Assembly (NCBI RefSeq): GCF_004010195.1
Contig: NC_057737.1
Coordinates: 39,868,556-39,932,555 of the forward strand
Direction of reading: 5' to 3'
DNA: 64,000 nucleotides
From: Chiloscyllium plagiosum
Lineage: Eukaryota
The position numbers and the translations under genes were made by a program. Below are positions 63,866-64,000 of the stretch, one piece after another. Each line of letters begins with the position of its first letter. Within the stretch, counting starts at the first letter, position 1. The notes beneath the pieces are model-generated. The model was not told where the DNA came from. It ran no database searches and worked only from the letters and a program-made list of their open reading frames with translations.

Positions 63866-64000
63866 ATATGTTTATCTCATTCCTATTGCAGGATCTAACA
63901 GTATGTAAATTGTTTCCCTCTATGCTTTAAAAGCACTTGAATCTAAGGTGTTTTGAAACATTTTGAGATCCTGAGGGCTACTATTTAAAGGCAAATCCTA

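Noticed and set aside
50340-64000. Exons of the next gene (GTF2IRD1 is the neighbour in mammals)
   Set aside because: No recognisable coding exon or CpG-island promoter; the region is mostly TE-derived.

Overview
Vertebrate genomic DNA that looks cartilaginous-fish (shark-like, judged from HE1-type V-SINEs and HER1/CR1 LINEs), with two N gaps. Positions 1-~34.2 kb hold the 3' part of a CLIP2 (CLIP-115)-like gene on the + strand: 8 coding exons with GT-AG sites, 3 more in-phase candidate exons and a ~4.9 kb 3' UTR. The rest is intergenic and rich in transposable elements. The most notable element is a defective fish-type (ZFERV/epsilon-like) provirus at 43488-50336 with a GCTT target-site duplication. 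It carries gag, protease, a 2H-phosphoesterase domain with both HxT motifs intact, an integrase C-terminal remnant and env, but no RT, RNase H or integrase core. The window also has about 10 minimal hammerhead-ribozyme motifs from Penelope-like elements (several in fold-back insertions), a templated inverted insertion and nested transposons. Family assignments come from motif recognition by eye, not database searches, and TE boundaries are approximate.
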